This document shows, piece by piece, positions 39,966 to 53,825 of a DNA stretch of 64,000 nt. The stretch is from Flaccisagitta enflata. Its lineage: Eukaryota. The notes under the pieces were generated by a model. It had not been told where the DNA came from and ran no database searches. It saw only the letters and a program-made list of their open reading frames with translations. A program made the translations under genes and the position numbers. Location: positions 17,050,001 through 17,114,000 of the forward strand of contig OZ231126.1 of NCBI GenBank assembly GCA_965153355.1, read 5' to 3'. Each line of letters begins with the position of its first letter. Positions within the stretch are counted from its first letter, which is position 1.

Positions 39966-40954
39966 CAGAGAAAGTGAGAGAGACAGAGTGTATGTAGGCT
40001 GATGAGCCCCATGATTTAGTGCATTATTTTTGCTCATCATTAATTAAACTGAACAAGAGAAAAAAATACATTCTCTCCTTGTGTTTTTTTTTTTTCTTTT
40101 TCTCTCTCCATCATATTATCCTAGCATTACACTGAGTGTCATATACTGAATCACATTTTCTCTGAAAACAAGGCCGGATACACGGCAGGACAGTCGCGGA
40201 CGGTTTGGCAGGGGCGGTAATGCAAGAAACCGCTCGCAATTTAAAAAGGTTACAGGACCGACGGACCGACGGACCTACCGACCTACCGACCGACATGGCA
40301 AGGTGTAGAGTCGCGTGTCCGCGACTAAAAACTGAGCTTACTTTGATTAACTAGATAGAGAACTGGATCCGGTTCCAAACCTGGAACAGGATCCCAAAAT
40401 TATTCTTTCAGGTTCCTAAGAAAGAAATAAAAGGAAGAAACTGGAACCGCTCAAAGTAATAAAAATGTCCCGGTTCCAATACAAATGGATCCATGTTCCG
40501 TTAATGACAGCCTAAATGTGTTGTGGTAACTTTACCATGCCCCTACCTTTCCTTTGTCAGCATTTACCTTACCCTCCCCCATACCTTGCGCGTAAGTTGA
40601 TCAACTGCATTTACCTTACGTGTTCTTTAAACTTACTTACGTTCTACCTTTAGGGGACTCTTCTCTGTATGGCAAATTTTCATGGCAAATTTTCATTACG
40701 GAAAAGTTTCTGATCAAACGCTGAGGACATATGTCATGAACGTTCAACTATGTGATAGCGAGTGTTCATCAAGCGGCGAGAGTTCACCCTGATTCCCCAT
40801 TAGTGTAGGTTTTTGTCTGTCTTTTGACTGTCTCTTTGTCAATCTGTATCTTGTCTGTCCTCATATTTGATTGTCTTTAACTGTCTCCAAATCACTGTAT
40901 CTGTCATTTTGTCTTCATCTGTCTCCAGGTCTGATTAAATCTGTATCCGTTTCC

Positions 40955-41032
<78 letters not shown>

Positions 41033-41892
41033 CGAGACGGACAGAGACAGACAGTCTGACAGAGATAAACTGACAGACATCGAGACCGAGACAGATGGAC
41101 AGAGACAGTTGGACTGAGACAGACGGACAGTCAGACAGACAGACAGAGACAGACAGACGGAGAGAGACAGACGGAAAGACAGACGGACAGACAGAGACTT
41201 ACGCAATGGCATAGTTAAACGTTAATAATGACGCGATTTCACCCATCTGAATTGAAAGACGCGATCTCACCCATCTGAATTGAAAACTTGCCCAGCAAAG
41301 AAATTTTGTGTACAGAGAAAAACTGCTGAAAGAATTTTTCCTTTCAACCGCACTTGTTACGCACGTCCCGAAAGTAAATGATCTAAGTTTTGCTTACCTT
41401 ACCCTATCACTTTTTTACGGTGTAAATAACTAACGCGGGCGGTAACAAACGCGCTTCGAACCGTAAGACACTAACTCAGACGCCCGTAGGATTCATTTTT
41501 CTACGCGCCCCCTTCCATTAATTAGTGGGTTGAGTTTCATATAGGAAATCACGTCGTGCAGTGTGTCTGTCTCTAAGCACTTCACCCAGAGAAACGATAA
41601 AAGACGAGCATTCCTCTAGCTTTCCTTGAGACATAGTGCTTCACCTTTGATTACGATTCTTGTTTCATGATGAGCAAACATCTTGCTTTACAGCCACAGG
41701 TGAGCCCAGAGTTTTCTACAAGCCTAAGAAACTAAATCTATAAAAAATATTTTCATCAACAGCTAAATCGATTTGGGTTTGATTATGGTAAACTCACAAA
41801 ATAGAGCTGGCTAGAATACGACCAAATCACTGATATGCTCTCATTCTCTTTATCAATTTCTCTGTCGGTGTCTCCTTGTCTTTGTTTCTCCG

Positions 41893-41974
<82 letters not shown>

Positions 41975-42093
41975 CCTTCTTTACAATTTCGCTGATTTTC
42001 CTCCATTTCCCTTTTCTCGGCAAATACGAACGCGCGCGATTTTTTTTTTCTTTCTTTCTTGTTTCATCCTCGCGTCGGGACTTCACTCTGGAG

Positions 42094-42177
<84 letters not shown>

Positions 42178-42978
42178 GTTCGGCGCGCGTGATGAAACAA
42201 AAAAACGCGCCTTTCCAGGAATCTTTCTTTTTCCGCTTTCACCACGTTTGATTTCCTGCGAGATTTACATTGAAAAAAAAACCTATTGATTTCAATACAA
42301 ACATAACAACAAAGATTTAAAAAAGATATAATCAGACACATATGAATTTATCTGACCGCCTACTGACAAGGTTGTGACTTCCTCAGCCCTAACTGTACAG
42401 GGAAAAAGTCGTAAATGCGGGGTTTTACAACTGTTTGTGATTGTGTTGTGTCTATTGGAATGCTTCTCTGTGCATCTTCGTTTCTCTCTCTGCATGACCT
42501 TTTCTCTGTCTCAGTCTATTTGCCCCATTGTATTGTGCTACACTTCTTTGTGAAGAAATGTGCATTGACATCTTAGAAGATAAACCGCATATCTGCTAGG
42601 AAATGCACAAATAGTTCATATTCTAAATGATATGATGTCCCGTCAATATTGGACTAAGTTCCCGTCCTCGCATCTCTATGAGAGGGTGTCTCCGTCCGTT
42701 GGTATATCTGTTGGAGTATGCATCTTTTGGACTTCTCTTGGCCTTGTTATCTCTCTCTTCCCTTTTCATCCATTTTCATGTCCCTTTTCCCAAACCTTTA
42801 AATCACCCTCCCCCACAGGATCGGGGGAGTTAGATACATGCCTACCATGACAAAATAAAACAGATCTGTAATTGCACTAACACATAATATAGGGCAATGT
42901 TGTTTCAATTGTCATAACCTGAAGATTGGAAGGCCTGATATATGATAAGGATTATACTTATCAAAAAGTTGTTTCCTC

Positions 42979-43508
42979 TTTTTAGTCGCGTGAACGCGAC
43001 TCAAGAAGCCGCTATGTCGGTCGGTCGGTCTGTTGGTCGGTCGGTCTGTTGGTCGGTCCGTCACATTTTTGAAATATTGGCTTTTTAGTCGTTTTAAAAG
43101 TTATTAAAGGTTATTAAAGGTAATTATAGGTAATTTTTGGTAATTATAGGTAATTTTAGGTAATTATAGGTAAATATAGGTATTCTAGTAATTTGTATCA
43201 TATAAGTCAGAAAAGATGTCTTGGACTATAAATTGAGGTAATATTAGGAAACATAGGCAATAATGGGTAATTATTTGTGATTATAGATAATTATTGGTAA
43301 TTTGATGTAATTGTAGGTAATTATAGGTATTTACAGGTAGTTGTAGGTAACTATGGGTAATTATAGGAAGATATAGGTACTTACAGTTATCTTCATTATC
43401 TTTATTACCTTAATTACCTTAGTAACCTTTATTACCTTAATTACCTTAGTAACCTTTATTACCTTTATTACCCTTATTACCACGCGACTAAGGTTTGTTG
43501 ACCTTGTT
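42979..43508 (+). mobile_element. HINE-like family B variant with TAATTATAGG / TTATTACCT arrays
   Basis: TTTTTAGTCGCGTGAACGCGACTC ... CACGCGACTAAGGTTTGTTGACCTTGTT. Confidence 0.85.
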
Positions 43509-44198
43509 TTTTTACTCTCAGGTTAAACGCAAACTGATTGTAAAATTCCATGCATCAAGCACCAACTATATACTACCTACCATCTTAATTTCCTTTTAAG
43601 TTTTCACAACAACATAGTTAAAACTTGATTCTTTCTTGAAAGTAATTAAAGCTCCTCAATTTTGTGTTTTCTTTACATCAAAGAAACAATGAAACTACGA
43701 TTTAAGTAAAGTCACTTTTTCGCTTGATTTTCCCTCTAAAACTCACTTACGGGGTCGCAAAGTCTGAGTTTCATGAAGAGAATAAGCGAAATGAGTGTGA
43801 ACGTTTCCTCAGAAAAAAAAAATTGAATAACGCTCAAAGAAAATCCTATTTGAAGAGAAGAAAAGAAGTCCAAATAAAGTCAAAAATGGAATTCCAAAAA
43901 GAAGAAGAAAATTTGATTGAATCGACTGCGGTTTTGCTGTTTTAGAGCACATTGAACCATCAGCCGTGGGAAATCCATAACTAAAAAAGACAACAACGAC
44001 AACGACATCAACAACGACAACAAAAACTGCAAGAGAACCGTAGATGGAAAAAAAGGGGAAACAGCTTAAACGACATTACATTTACAGTAACAACCTTTTT
44101 TCTCATTGCATCTGCTAAACGATATCTGAAATCGTTTCGGATGGAAGTTCTTTCATTAATCCTAAACACAGGCAAGTGTGCATGCGTGTGATTGACTT

Positions 44199-44345
<147 letters not shown>

Positions 44346-45276
44346 AACCTGACTGCAAACTAATTTGTCATTCAGTGAAAGAACTCATTTGGGATCGTTT
44401 TTTAAACAGCCTCACCATCATAGACCCGTTTTGCTACAAAGCCTTCATTTCTACTTTTACATTACAGTTAAGCTCAAAGCTCTCATTTACACTTTTACAT
44501 GAGTAACTTGAAACGAATGCTCGGTCGTTGTTAATGTGAGGCAAAGGTAATCATTCCGCGACTGAGAGTAATTGCAAGGTCTTCGTCATCGCACATCGTT
44601 CATAAGGTTCATCAACATTGAAACATCATTCATCTAAAGCTCTTTCGTATTCTAACATCGTTTTACTTATTTGGATTTATGCACTAGATTTATCATATTC
44701 GTAGTTAAGTGAAGATAATACACAACCTAAAGGGGTGCCATAAATGAATGGATCGATGGCATGAATGAATGATTGGATGGATGGGCGAATAGTTGTATGG
44801 ATTTATGAATCTAACACAATTACAAAACACATAATTTCACAATCAAAAATTACATAACTCTATACTTACATTATGACATCCTTTCATGATCACCTAGTTG
44901 AAACATCAAATACTCAAATGACTTTGAAGAAAGACTAAAATGGAATTTTTCGAACGATGTTTCGGATGGACGGACAGACCGACCAACTCACCAACACACC
45001 AAGATCCAGAGTTGGGCACACGGAACTTTAAAACTCATGAGGTTTAAGGCGGGAAGAATTTGATTACAAAACATTTCACCATCAATCATTTTTGAACGAG
45101 TCACTGTAGACGCTCTGTTTATGTTAAAGCCTTCTCATTTTCTACCGACCAGAAAATCACGCAAGTCATTGAAATACTCACTAGGCTTCCAAAACTGACC
45201 AAATCAGATATCTACCACTCCTCTATGTCTCTCTGTCTCTCTCTTTATATCTGTCTCTGTCACTCTGTGTCTTACC

Positions 45277-45364
<88 letters not shown>

Positions 45365-45412
45365 TTCATCGCATTTTTTTTACCTCACACAGTCTTAAGA
45401 CGTTGACGAAAG

Positions 45413-45776
45413 ATGGCCGAGGCGAGCGCGATGGTTGATACGGGTCATGCACCACCACCGCTATCATCACTGTCGCCACCCCTTTCGTCGTTATTACTGT
45501 CACCGTCCTTTTCGACAAAATCGCTGTCACCGTCATCATCGTCACCGTCATCATCACTGTCGCCACTCCTGATATCGCCCTCGTCGCCTCTGCTTTCGTC
45601 GGATGGTGATTACTTACCGGAAGTGGCATTCGAGTTTGAGGCAGAGAACGGTTCCATCTCGGCGATTTGTCTCGGCGGAATTCCCGCGTTGGTCAATGCC
45701 ACTCTCAACGATTCTTCTGGCAACTCATTTATTATGAACAACAATAACTGTTCTTCTATCAATAACAATCTTACGG
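45413..45776 (+). CDS. TRHR: TRH-receptor-like GPCR, coding exon 1 (Ser/Pro-rich extracellular N-terminus)
   Basis: ATG at 45413, 20 nt after an acceptor (cacAG, 45391-92); encodes MAEASAM...NNLT with N-glycosylation sequons NGS, NAT, NDS, NCS, NLT; donor G|GTCAGT at 45777, phase 1, matching exon 2. Confidence 0.75.
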
Positions 45777-46471
45777 GTCAGTAAATATGTAAGCCGCGTT
45801 CGACGTGACCCTACAAGTCACAATGTCCGCTCGTTGGTTCGTTGGTTGGCCCTGTCACAAAAAAATACAAAAGGTCGTCTTTAAGTGATGTTTTTTATTT
45901 ATTTATTCATTTTTTTTTTTTTTTTGAGGGGGGAGGAGGGAGGTCTCAGCATATGAAAACAGGCGAGTAGGCAAGGACTGGGGCTAAAGCGATGATATGT
46001 AGTATGTAAATGACTCTCATTTCACAAATTCAAGCAAGGTCGAATCACGTTCTGAACGAACACGCCAGTAATGAAACGTCGCCTAAAACATATTATGAAA
46101 AAGAGATAAGTGGTGCGTTCTAACATGAAAAGGTTTACACATCTCCCGAGTATAAAGGCTCCAGAAATTTCTAGGCTTAAAGGTCCAGGCTAGCACAGAC
46201 ACTCAAACAAACAAACAAACAAACAAACAAACAAACAAACAAACAAACAAACAAACAAACAAACAAACAATCAAACAAACAAACAAACATACAAACACGA
46301 TCAGAGTCGTTGTTAAAGAAAGTGGCAGACGAGCATGAGATTCATTCTACCAGGCTTATCTTGAAATTCGCTCTGTACTCTCTTTTGTTGGATTCGCACA
46401 TTAAAAGTGGCATTAACTTTTATTAGAAGCGTGTGGCTTACATAGATAAACTTGGGCTGTCGTTATGAATA

Positions 46472-47065
46472 CTATCTTGCTAAAAAAAATCTTCCGGCAC
46501 GTTTACATGTATATCTCAGTTTAGAATCAACCGATCATGAAAAAATTGGTGAGATAATTGAAGCCCTTCAAATTTGCGGAAGATCTACGCAAACCGCATC
46601 CCTCTAGCTCAGTGCGTTTAAAAGTTATTCAACTTTGATTGAATTACTTCAATTTCGCTTGTGCCATTTCTACACAAATCTTAAATGAGATCTCTTCACT
46701 GTTTTTCAAATTTCTTCTAAACGCATCGAGCTAGACAGATGCGGTTTTCACAGACAGCTTGCAAATTTGAAGGGCTTCATTTTAGTCACCGATTTTTTTA
46801 TGATTTGATGTATCTTTTGGTAGCTATGAGTATAAATATAGCAAAAAAAAGAGATAAAAAAAATTGTGAGAAAGATCTGGAGACCCATCACTCCAGAATT
46901 ACATCTTGAAGCTCTACAAATCACTTCCCCAATGAATGGTGGCCCTGATTTAGTCAAAAGGAGCTCAAACTAATTATTCATGGATATTTTAACTGATTTA
47001 TAGCTGTTTTTATGCCAATGAATATGATTTTATTACAAGGCGGAAGATTTTTTTTAGCAAGATAG
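46472..47065. mobile_element. TA-flanked MITE sharing termini with the Tc1 relic at 27456
   Basis: taCTATCTTGCTAAAAAAAATCTTCCG ... CGGAAGATTTTTTTTAGCAAGATAGta. Confidence 0.85.
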
Positions 47066-47084
47066 TACAGAAGAAGAGTTTATA

Positions 47085-47513
47085 CAAAGTGTGAACCCCT
47101 CTAAAAATGTAGCACCCCCTTACATATAAAACCACAATAAAAGATAGTTAGTATTAAGTTGCAAATTATATTGAGGATTTCTTACACAAGTAGCGCCACT
47201 AAAGCGATTTGGCACTTCCAACACTAGTCTGAAATCATGGTATGAAATCCCTCATTTGATTAATGTCTCAAAAAAAAAAAAAAAATTTTAACACGTTTTT
47301 AAACTTTATCTTAAGTTGTGACTTTACACCTTGCTATATCATTTCATCTGTCTCAAATTTTTAAATTATGTGCTTTTATTATTATTGCCCCTGCCCAACC
47401 GTCCGCAACTGTCTTGCTGAGTATCCAGCCTTATTCTATTCAAAAAGTCTTTGTAGTAAAATTAATTAAAAATATAGGTGGGGGTGCTACAGTTTTCAGG
47501 GGTTCACACCTTG
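47085..47513. mobile_element. TA-flanked Tc1/mariner-type MITE
   Basis: taCAAAGTGTGAACCCCTCTAAAAATGTAGCACCCCC ... GGGGGTGCTACAGTTTTCAGGGGTTCACACCTTGta. Confidence 0.85.
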
Positions 47514-47548
47514 TATTTAGCTTTTCTCTGTATTTTCACCCTCGCCAC

Positions 47549-47630
<82 letters not shown>

Positions 47631-47943
47631 ATGATGATGATGTTGATGAAACATTGATGAATAATTGATTATGATGACGCAGCTGAAAAACTACTTGGGC
47701 AGGGGCAGTGGTGTAAAATTTGCCTTTTAACGCCGAAAAAGCTATGCATTACCTTGTGAGCGACCGATGGACCGATAGGCCAACACAGGAATCATAAAGC
47801 CGCGTACACGCGACCAAAAGAAACGCGACTAAAGTCGTGGGCGCAAACGATAATAAACGCCAGGAAGCCTTAAAAATCATGGTACAATTTGAAAGGCATC
47901 AAGCAATAAAGACGGCCACTTCTCACGTGCAGATGTAGAGAAT

Positions 47944-48094
<151 letters not shown>

Positions 48095-48112
48095 AGAGAG
48101 AAATAAATTAAA

Positions 48113-48666
48113 AGTCTTAATTTCATTTGACAAACTTGATATTTGAAATATAAGTTGTTCACTTGATGCTTTTGTCCCTGAGTTTTTTGGTTGCTATGGA
48201 AACCAAAATTATTTTTTTGAACATTTATAACAACTAGAATATCAATATTTTGACAAATATTTTCAGGGAACATTGCTCAGTATTAAATTCGCTACAACTT
48301 TCCCACAGTATGTCCTGTAAGAATATTGCTCGTTTAGCCGTTGCTAGGGAGCATCATTTGGTGGTTGCTAGGTGTGATGCCCTTTAGCAACGGCCAAACA
48401 AGCAATATTCCTACAGAACATACTGTGGGAAAGTTGTAGCAAATGTAATTTTGAGCAATGTTCCCTGACAATATTTCTCAAAATATTGATATTTTAGTGG
48501 TTATAAATGTTTGAAAAAATGATTTTGGTTTCCATAGCAACCAAAAAACTCAGGGACAAAAGCATCGAGTGAACAACTTATATTTCAAATATCAAGTTTG
48601 TCAAATGAAATTAAGACACTGAAATACCTTCCTCCAGTTTAGGCTGTTATTCCACGAACCCCACTG
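48113..48666. mobile_element. Near-palindromic foldback MITE, left end lost into (AG)n; related pieces at ~14090-15200 and 55765-55888
   Basis: ~240-bp arms mirrored around ~48365; right terminus CCCCACTGta; matching left terminus taCAGTGGGG seen at 55763. Confidence 0.85.
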
Positions 48667-48861
48667 TACGTAGACACTGTCTATAAGACAGAGACAGAGC
48701 GAAAGACAAAGAGAGAAAAATAGCGGCCCAAAGGCAGGGCAGTGGACCCGAACACAGTAGATATCAATTATTCAAATTAAGATAAAAAACAGGGCCGGAT
48801 ACACGGCTACCCCAAAGCGGGGTGTAGCTAGCGACTAAAAAATAAGATAGCAGCCCAAAGG

Positions 48862-49506
48862 CAGTAAGTGGTCAGCGGTACCCGTGCCCACCTTGAGGTC
48901 CTCAATGAGTAATGTTTGATTTAAGTTGAGGGGGAGCAGGGCAGTGGCCCCGAAGGGGACAAAGTCCTGTAGAACACAGGGGGAATCTGTCCGTCCGTCC
49001 GTCCATTTGTCCCCCCCGCCCCATCTTCAAGGTTTCGTCTCCTTTGAGGCCTATTGTGACCAAAATTCTGCCAAATAGCCCAAATCCAAGCGATATGGCC
49101 CAAATCTAAGCAAAATGGCCCTAATCCAAGCAAAATGGCCCAAATCTGTTCAGAATTTCAGTATCAGAGGCCACAATATAGGTCAAATAAAGGGTCAAAT
49201 TGGTGGACCTCAGGCTAGGATTGAGGCTTTCTAGCCAGATTAAGCCATTTTGCTTGGTTTTAGGCCATAATGCTTAGATTAGGGCCATTTTGCTAAGATT
49301 TGGGCCATATTGCTTGGATTTGGGCTATTTGGCAGAATTTGGGTCAGAATAGGCCCCAAAGGAGACGAAGCCCTGAGGATGGGGCGGGGGGAGGGCAAAC
49401 GGACGGACGTACGGACATACGGACGTACCGATGTACCGACGTACGGATGGACAGATTCCCCCGTGTTCTACAGGACTTTGTTCCCTTTGGGGCCGCTGCC
49501 CAAAAA
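48862..49506 (-). mobile_element. HINE-like family C (also ~4701-5348+, 5560-5972-, 6086-6593-, 18650-19176+, 19236-19823+, 20566-21304+, 21529-22111+, 26207-26688-, 31244-31913+; partials 32633-32879, 55020-55494, 57503-57721, 61889-62152, 63047-63510)
   Basis: ~50-bp asymmetric subterminal inverted repeats GGGCAGCGGCCCCGAAGGGG..CCTGTAGAACACAGGGG, ~20-21-bp internal tandem arrays, 3' tail GGGTACCGCTGACCA. Confidence 0.85.
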
Positions 49507-49740
49507 GTGGAGAAGCCAAGAAATTTAGAACATAAGGTATATTTAAGTAAAGGAAAAGATTTCATGAAATTTGATGAATATTAAATCGAAATTTTGAGGT
49601 GGGAGGGATGGGGGCTAGAACTTAACCACAGGTCACAAAGCCAAAGGTGATTAAAAAGCAGTTAAAGAGATGCGAGGACGCAACTAATAATGATTGGGGA
49701 CTGTTTGAGAGTGACTAATAGTAAATAGGCTGAAAATGTC

Positions 49741-50383
49741 TTCTTTCCCTCCATTCATTTCCATTGTTCCTTCGTTCATCTCCCTATTCATCCTGTCTCC
49801 TTACCCTCTATTCATTTATGTTGTCCCTTCGTTCATCTCCCCATTCATCCTGTCTCCTTACCCTTCTACTTTCCTTTGTCTTTTTGTTCATCTCCCCATT
49901 CCTCCTCTCTCCTTTCCCTTCTACTTTCCGTTGTCCCTTCATTCATCTCCCCATTCATCCTGTCTCCTTTCCCTCTATTCATTTATGTTGTCCCTTCGTT
50001 CATCTCCCCATTCATCCTGTCTCCTTACCCTTCTACTTTCCTTTGTCTTTTTGTTCATCTCCCCATTCCTCCACTCTCCTTTCCCTTCTACTTTCCGTTG
50101 TCCCTTTGTTCATCTCCCCATTTATCCCGTCTCCTTTCCCTCTTTTCATTTCCGTTGTCCCTTCGTTCATCTCCCCATTCATCCTGTCTCCTTTCCCTCT
50201 ATTCATTTCTGTTGTCCCTTTGTTCATCTCCCCATTCATCCTGTCTCCTTTCCCTCTATTCATTTCCGTTGTCCCTTTATTCATCTCCCCATTCATTCTG
50301 TCTCCTTTTCCTCTTTTCACTTCCGTTGTCCCTTCATTCATATCCCCATTCATCCTGTCTCCTTTCCCTCTATTCATCTTTCC
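49741..50383 (+). repeat. 57-bp (and 54-bp variant) pyrimidine-rich minisatellite abutting the GPCR exon 2 acceptor
   Basis: Unit TCCGTTGTCCCTTCGTTCATCTCCCCATTCATCCTGTCTCCTTTCCCTCTATTCATT, about 11 copies. Confidence 0.9.
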
Positions 50384-50385
50384 AG

Positions 50386-50469
50386 GGTCTCATTTAAAAG
50401 CGTGGGACGCGGATTTCAAATGGGTTGGAATAACGCTCGGGACTCTCATTTTCATCACCGGTCTCGTAG
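50386..50469 (+). CDS. TRHR: TRH-receptor-like GPCR, coding exon 2 (TM1)
   Basis: ttccAG| acceptor and G|GTCAGT donor, phase 1-1; encodes GSHLKAWDADFKWVGITLGTLIFITGLV(G), joining exon 3 to give the class A TM1 GN motif. Confidence 0.9.
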
Positions 50470-50668
50470 GTCAGTAAAAACTGGATACTATCTACAACAT
50501 ATGACTTTGTTCTCTTTAAACAATACTAATAACTAGTAACTTATAACTAGTAACTGCAAACTGCAAAAAGATGGTAACAAGTGACGCGTGGTCACAATTT
50601 CGTTGCGGACTGGTGGACAGGGGCATCCAAACCCCAACCTTACCCAAACCCCACCCCCTACCCCCCTT

Positions 50669-50786
<118 letters not shown>

Positions 50787-51538
50787 GGAACAAGGATGGA
50801 CCGACGGACCGACAGACGGACAAAGCGTGTCCGCAACTGAAAATGGTGAGATATGAAAACTGTTTCAGATTTGTTTCATATATCTAGTCCTAATTTAGGA
50901 CTCCTAAATGGAGGTTTTTCCTGTCTTCTTTCGTGACCAACACCTGCAAAGGTTACTCAGCCTTCGCCATGACTTATTCCCCTCAAAGAGTGTGTGTGTG
51001 TGTCTCTCGTCTTCAATCATTAACATTTTCTTTTGTCGTTTTTCGTTAGTATTGTCAATTGCTTGACGTCATACGACTACTATTAGTCTACTAATTCAAC
51101 ATCACATCACGTACATCGTTTTTAGTCGCGGAGACGCGACTCTACACCTTGCCGTGTTGGTCGGTCGGTAGGTCGGTCCATCCGTAACATTTTTGAATTG
51201 CGAGCGATTTTTGCATAACTGCCCCTGCCAACCGTCCGCAAGTGTCCAGCCGTTTATCCGGCCTTTTTTAGTTGCGGACACGCAACTCTATAAGAGGCTT
51301 TGTCGGTCCGTTGGTCCGTTTGTCCCTTGGTCCGTTGGTCCGTCCGTCTGCCCACTGCCACCGCCCCTGCCCCTGCCCACCCGTCTGCAACTGGTGGCCG
51401 TGTATCCGGCCTTGTTACCATTTCAAGGAATTCCATTATTCTTGAATTTGACGTCACGAGAGAATTTATTGCGTGCATTATTCAAGGACGTTTCTCTATG
51501 TCTGCGGCAAACCATATCGGATTTTTTTTTTCAATTCC

Positions 51539-51646
51539 TTTAAGGTGCGCCAACGCATCTCTATAACTGGCTGTGTCCGTTGGTCTGTCGGTAACGCATT
51601 CGTTCGACGATCCACACAGCGCACCTATTGGCCTACTTGGCCTTGT
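51539..51646 (+). mobile_element. HINE-like family E (also tandem pair 33425-33700-, 38860-38955+, partial 54789+)
   Basis: AGGTGCGCCAACGCATCTCTATAACTGGCTGTGTCC ... GCGCACCTATTGGCCTACTTGGCCTTGTT. Confidence 0.75.
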
Positions 51647-53335
51647 TTCCCCCGGTTTTAGATGCGTTCTTGCAAGAGGGTCTGTCCGTCCGTCGCTCCG
51701 TCGCTCCGTTACCCTTTTTCAAAAATCCATAAATCACCAATTCAATCCCTTCACACCAACACCACTCCCACCCTTTTTAAGATGCTCCATTGCTCCCTCG
51801 CAGTTATGGAACAGCTTCCCCCCTTATCTGTAATTTTAGCTGTTTGGATTATGACACCATCCCACATCCATGAGTCAGTTTCTTTCAAATTTAATCATTT
51901 AAAACATTTTGTCAATACTCTTTTTTTTTTTTGGTCAAATCAGTCATCAGCCATCATCAAATAGTATCGAAAATCGAAAAGAGAAACAGTAAATCAGTCC
52001 GTTCAATCATGACCATCGAAGGATTTCGATTAGGGAAGGGCCAACTCGGATATGTATAGTCTCTACCAGGAGGAAGGTCTTGATTTAAAACAGTCGGTGT
52101 AAAGTGGGAAGGTGTGAAGGACTAGCTGACCACGGTTTGGCACACTCATCTGGCACTCTTTCTTGTTACAAGCATATTACACCAATTGCCAAGAACTAAT
52201 GGCTTTTATAACTGGTAAGATTTTACTTTTCCATTCTTCCATGAATCATGATAAGAAGTAGGGGCGGTATACTTTGAAGGTGATCTGATGTCTTTGGTTT
52301 TTAAGACTTTTTTAGCGGCTTTTTGAATTAGGGTTTGGGGTGGGTTTAGGGTCAGGGAGGGGGTTGGGGATGGTTTTAGGGTTAGGGACAGGGTTTGCGT
52401 TAGGGCTAAGGGTTGGCTGGGTTATATGTATTATGTACGGCTTGAATTAACTCGTATTAAAGCTTCGCCCTGGCGGAGAATTCGGAACAAGGCGGAATAC
52501 ATAACAAGACAGTCGCGGACGGTTGGGCAGGGGCAGTTGTGCAAAAACCGCTCGCAATTCACAAATGTGACGGACCTGCCAACCGACACGCCAAGGTGTA
52601 GAGTCGAAGACCAAAAAACAAAAGCTCTACAGAACATCATTCAAAATCCCATAACTTGAGTAGTGTTGGTTTGTAATGTTGTCCATCTTTCATGCATGAC
52701 CTTAGAATGCATCATCCGGAGCAAAATGCCCTATCTTTTCTCCGACCACTCAAATCGCCCCACCCAGCTTACACATTACAACGCGTTTCACAGGTTCAAT
52801 AAGAGAAGGTTGACTCCTCAGGTGGAGGAAAGCAAGGGTCGGTGCGATTGCTACGTGTTCTGACGTTCACTTTTCTCGACCGAGACTAACCTCACTTAGC
52901 ATCTTCACCTCGACTCTTTTACATGTGTCGCATAATAATTTAGGTAAAAGGCATCGTAGCTGCTAAATAGGAATTGGAACTCAAAATGATCATTGGATCG
53001 AACCAAATTCTGTCAATAAAATTTTCAACCCACCATTTTGCATTTTGGTTGATGAATGATGATCATTGCTTTTTGTTTTGTTTGTTTCTTCCTTCGTGCA
53101 AAGTGCAGACCTGTCAAATAACTATGTCCTAACCTTTCTTATCAGTGGGTATCACAGCAATGTACTTACCCCTTTCCCGCCCCCTATCCCTTCCCCCACT
53201 CCCACCCCGCATTTCAGAAAAAAAAACTTTATGTAACGTAAATATAAAGAAAACACAAAAGACGTCATATATAACTTTAGAAAACAAAAAAGACGTCACA
53301 GCAACTGTTGACCAATTTGCGATATTCGCTTCCAG

Positions 53336-53498
53336 GCAACGTGATGGTGATAACTGTGGTGACTTACGTTCGTTCAATGCGCTCTTCCACAAATTGTTAC
53401 TTGGTCTCACTGGCCATCGCAGATTTATTGACTCTTATATCAGCGACTCTTCCGTTTATTATCGACTTTTTCTACCTTGAAGACGAATGGGTTTACGG
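53336..53498 (+). CDS. TRHR: TRH-receptor-like GPCR, coding exon 3 (TM1 end, ICL1, TM2, ECL1)
   Basis: ttccAG| acceptor; [32 protein letters not shown]...EWVYG ([13 protein letters not shown] as in TRH receptors); donor GG|GTGCGT, phase 2. Confidence 0.95.
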
Positions 53499-53506
53499 GT
53501 GCGTAA

Positions 53507-53603
<97 letters not shown>

Positions 53604-53742
53604 AGCTAGGCAAATCAACAAACAGACTCACAGATGGGTATGGGTTGCAGAAAGGATTCCTGTCAAAAGGTTGGCGAAAATAACAACCATTCAACAAGCG
53701 ATATACATTTTCAAATCAATATCTGTCTCAAATCGTCTTCAG

Positions 53743-53825
53743 GGCCATATTTTGTTACTTCCACGTTTTCGTCTCTTATTTGGCGATCAACACCTCCGCT
53801 CTTTCAATCGCGGCGTTTTCAATAG
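53743..53825 (+). CDS. TRHR: TRH-receptor-like GPCR, coding exon 4 (TM3)
   Basis: cttcAG| acceptor phase 2; AIFCYFHVFVSYLAINTSALSIAAFSI with conserved TM3 Cys and YLxIN; donor G|GTGAGA, phase 1. Confidence 0.95.

Noticed and set aside
49736..50536. Long repeat ORFs of 173-266 aa
   Set aside because: Products of the 57-bp minisatellite; only 50386-50469 is a supported exon
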